This document shows positions 45,261-64,000 of a stretch of DNA of 64,000 nt, piece by piece (the first letter of the stretch is position 1; every line of letters starts with the position of its first letter). The translations under genes were made by a program, and so were the position numbers. Origin of the DNA: Antechinus flavipes (lineage: Eukaryota); the NCBI RefSeq assembly GCF_016432865.1, contig NC_067400.1, positions 624,278,001 through 624,342,000 on the forward strand. The letters are read 5' to 3'. The notes under the pieces are model-generated. The model did not search any database and had not been told where the DNA came from. It saw nothing but the letters and a program-made list of their open reading frames with translations.

Positions 45261-46411
45261 CCCGATCCTTGCAGGAGCGTGCAAGAGATTTCTGGGATTC
45301 TGGGCTGGGAGGATCATCTGGGCCCCCCACCCCCAAACCCCGACCCGGGGAAGGGGTGCCTGGATCCTTGAGGGGAAGGAGCAAACCCAGAGATCCCTAC
45401 GAAATAAATGAGCGGAGGCGGGCTCTTTGAAAGTTTTCTTTCACCAAGATCACTGACATCTGAGGTGGGGCAGTTGGGAGGGGGTCCACCCCCTGCCCAG
45501 CCCTTGCCCCGGCGGATTCTCCCATGCAAAAAAAATAATAATAATAAACAAACGAAACGAAACAAAAAAACCCAGAACAGAACGGAAAAAAAAAAAAAAA
45601 AGAAAACAAACAAAAACGGAGCCCGCAGGGAAGACCGGGAACGGGGCAGGGAGGAGACACCTGGGTTCCTTCCCTCCCTTCATCCCAATTCCCGGAATAA
45701 AGGGTTATGGAGAGGGAAGGACGAGATCCAGGGAACGCGAGACACACGGACGGGGAAAGGGGCCCCCAAACCCCACCCCAAAGATGCCTGCCTGGATAAT
45801 CGAGACCGAGGTGTCCCAGATAATCAGAGAAAAGGAGGCTTCCACATTCCCCTTCCCCTTCCCCCAAGGAAGGAGAAGAGGGAAGAGAAGAGGGGGCGGG
45901 GCCTGTAGCAGCGAGTCCCCCGCGGTGGGGCGCCCGGGAGGACTGGGGCCCCAGGGTCTGAGGGGAGAGGGAGGAGAGTGGAAAGGAAGGAGCGGGGTCG
46001 GGCCACTCCCCGCCCCCAGCATGCGGCCCCCGAGGAGGCGGGGTTGCGTCCCCTCCCCCCTCGCTGGAAACAAATAAATTACAAAGTAGCAAAAGGGAGG
46101 AGGAAGATTCCAAACTGCCCCCTCCCTTTCCGAAATCCAGTTCACTTGGATTGGCCAGAGGCTGAGACGCCTCTCCCTCCCGGTCTGTACAAAATGGTTC
46201 AGTCCAGAGAGCCCCTCTAGTCTCTCCAAACCCGGTCCTTTCCGAGGGCGAGTCCATTCTCCTGAAGGGGGGAGCAGGACCGACCTTTATCCCCCTACTG
46301 AGGCTTCTCCTGGGCACGCCCACCTGTACCGAAGGAGGGGGGAGGGCGGGTCAGGAAGCTCGGAAAGCCTTGGCTCCGGGACTCCCGAAGGCACCCTCAC
46401 CTGGCTGAGCA

Positions 46412-61682
<15,271 letters not shown>

Positions 61683-63299
61683 TCAACACAGTGGATTGAT
61701 TATGATCGATTACAGTGTAATATGATCAGCTCACAGGATGATCAGACCTGGAGCTCACGGCCTGGATCACGGTCTCAGAGGCTACCTAGTCTGGTCATCT
61801 CATTTTCACCAATGAGAAAAGTGATTCCTGGAAATCTGAAGGAACATGCAGGTGGGAAAGTGTCTCTGGGTTCAAAGCCAAGGGCAGAATTTGAACCCAG
61901 GCCCTCTCAATCCTGCTCCGATCCTTTCAGGTTCACCCTCCCAGGTATCCAGCTCCCTCAGGGACCCAGTAGGAATGAAGCAAGGGGCGGAACTTCCAGG
62001 GAGCTGTGGGTGTGGCCTGGGGAATGAGGTGAGCCTGTCTATCCACCCTGTGGTGGTATCAGGTCAGACGGGTCTGGTTGGAGGGCAGGAGGGTGGAGGA
62101 AGCCAAGACTTTCACCCTGTTCTTTCCTCCAGCAGCTCAACCGGTTTGGGGAGTGCCAAGGGCCAGTTCTGCCCCACCTGCCGTTTGGATCCCCACACGC
62201 TTGGCTCCCTGAGGAGCTCTGGCCACTAGGGTTTCCGAGAGGGGTGAGGGAAACCCCCCAAGGGGTTGGCAGCTGGGTCTCAGCCAGCTAGATTGGGCTT
62301 CTTCCTCATCCCTCTCCATCCAAACACCACCAAGAAGGAGCCTGTAAACACTCCCTTCCGGGGAGTAAACAAGAGCACGGGCCTGAGAAAAGTGGCCAGT
62401 CCCAAGAGCGGGGACGTGTGATACTCAGAAGGCCCAGCCCGAGAAGGTTTCGGAGCCTAGAGTCCATAAGGTCGGCCCAGAGACTTGGGACATCTGGGCA
62501 TCTGGCCTGGGACCCAGCACACAGAACGCATGCAGCCGGGACACATCTGGAACACAGACATAGTAGGGTGCCTAGAACATGACCCGGGACCGGGACCTGG
62601 CTAAAACAGCATGCGACTGAGACCAATCCAGAATATGGCACACAGCTGGATCATATAGAAAGCCGAGCATATGGCTAGGGATGAGTCTAGAACACAGAAA
62701 GTGGGTGGAACACATTCAAAACATGGACATATATGGCTCAGCCCTTAGGCTCTGCACCCCCCTTCCACACACACAAACAGCCCTTTAAAGCCTTTAGCGA
62801 AGGAGAAAGGAAGGCTCCAGTGAGGCCCTAGCCCAGAGAGGTGAACGCTCAGACCCTGGGCACCCGGGGCCGGGCCTCCCTAACATACCAGACCTGAGAA
62901 AACCCCTAGTTTCCTGAGAGGGCAAAGGGCTGGGAGGAGGGACGCCTGGGTCCCCGAGGAGACGAGGGATGGAGGCTTTGACTCCTGTCTTCCTGGGGGG
63001 TGGGGGTGCAGGTGGCTGCGGTCCAGACCTCTGGGTCCTGGATGGCCCAGAACAAGCCTAGAGACCGGGAGCTTGAAGGAAAGGGGGGACGAGAAGGTCT
63101 AGGCAAGCCGGCTTCACCATGGACAGCTCCAAGACTGGGCCTGAGGCCAGAGCCTGTGACCGGCCGGATGATCCCGCCTAAGGGCCTGAGTTGGGGTTCT
63201 AGAACGGGGCCGCTGGCCAAAGATGGGCGGAGATGAATGAGGCGGGTGCGGCCCGGGGGGAAGCCAGGACGCATGGGTCCGGGAGAAGGGAAAGATGGA

Positions 63300-64000
63300 A
63301 GTGGGGGAGCGATAGAGCGGGGGCTGGGGGAAGGGACCACTGGCTCGCCGAAAGGGTAGGGGCTGGGGCCCGGATGTCTGGGTCCCTGACGGATTCTGGG
63401 GAGTCCAGAATGTCTGGGTCCCTGCGAGGTCCCAGGGAAGCCTGGACGCCCGGGTCCCGGAGGACATTGGGGCAGGTAGGGACGCCTGCCCGGGTCCCTG
63501 CGGGATGCTGGGGAGGCCGGGATGTTTGGATCCCTGAAGGATGTCAGGGCGAGAAGGGACGCCCGTCCGGTCCCTGCGGGATGCCGGGACGCCTGGGTCT
63601 CCGCGGGACGTCGGGGGGGCCGAGACGCCGGGGTCCCTGCGGGACGTCGCGGGACCAGAACGCCGGGGTCCCCGGGGCTCCGTCTCTTACCTGATCGGGC
63701 GGCGGCGCTGGGGCTGCAGCGGGGGCGGGGGTGGCGGGAGCCCCGAGGAGGCCGGGAGGGGCCCCCGCCTTCCTGCCTTCCTGCCTTCCCTCCTTCCCCG
63801 GCTCGAGGTCTCGCTGTCTCCCCTCCCTCCTTCCCTCCCTCCCTTCTGCTCTCGCCGTCCGCCCGGCGCTGTCTCTGTGTCTCGAAGTCTCTGTCTCTCT
63901 CTGTCTCTGGGTTGCTGTCTCTGTCTTTGGGCCCCGGCTCGGGCTCCCCCCGTGAGGCCGCAGCCGCCCCCTCCCCCGCCCCCCCCGCTCCCCCAAAAAT
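63300..64000 (-). promoter_or_regulatory. PPFIA3: CpG-island-like PPFIA3 5' region with non-coding exon 1 (donor GTAAG at 63690)
   Basis: High CpG density; CAG|GTAAGA donor on the minus strand at 63691/63690; acceptor of the ATG-bearing exon at 61588. Confidence 0.7.

Larger units (their letters stand above)
45230..46261 (-). other. PPFIA3: PPFIA3 non-coding terminal exon (3' UTR)
   Basis: Donor after 46401 (GTGAGG) and acceptor CCCCCCTTCAG before 46261; left end inferred from the poly(A) signal. Confidence 0.65.

Overview
This window is GC-rich vertebrate genomic DNA, most likely marsupial: the repeats resemble WSINE1/MAR1 SINEs, an RTE LINE and a dasyurid-type L1, judged against recalled consensus sequences. 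I reconstructed four spliced genes by hand, with GT-AG junctions and phases consistent throughout: a partial SLC6A16-like orphan SLC6 transporter (minus, 7 exons, runs off the left edge), TRPM4 (minus, 25 exons, about 1226 aa), HRC (plus, 6 exons, about 490 aa) and PPFIA3/liprin-alpha-3 (minus, 28 coding exons, about 1227 aa). The order matches human 19q13.33. The interval from about 4.7 to 27 kb is repeat-rich with no recognisable protein gene, and there are two N gaps inside a TRPM4 intron. Most long ORFs in the supplied track are artefacts of GC-rich minisatellites or antisense frames. I found no clearly new biological system. The best leads are a back-to-back bidirectional poly(A) element shared by HRC and PPFIA3, a histidine-poor HRC, a natural E981A-equivalent in the TRPM4 pore loop, a degenerate Na1 site in the SLC6 gene, minisatellites seeded from splice signals, and a tail-less, apparently internally primed L1 insertion with a 12-bp target-site duplication.
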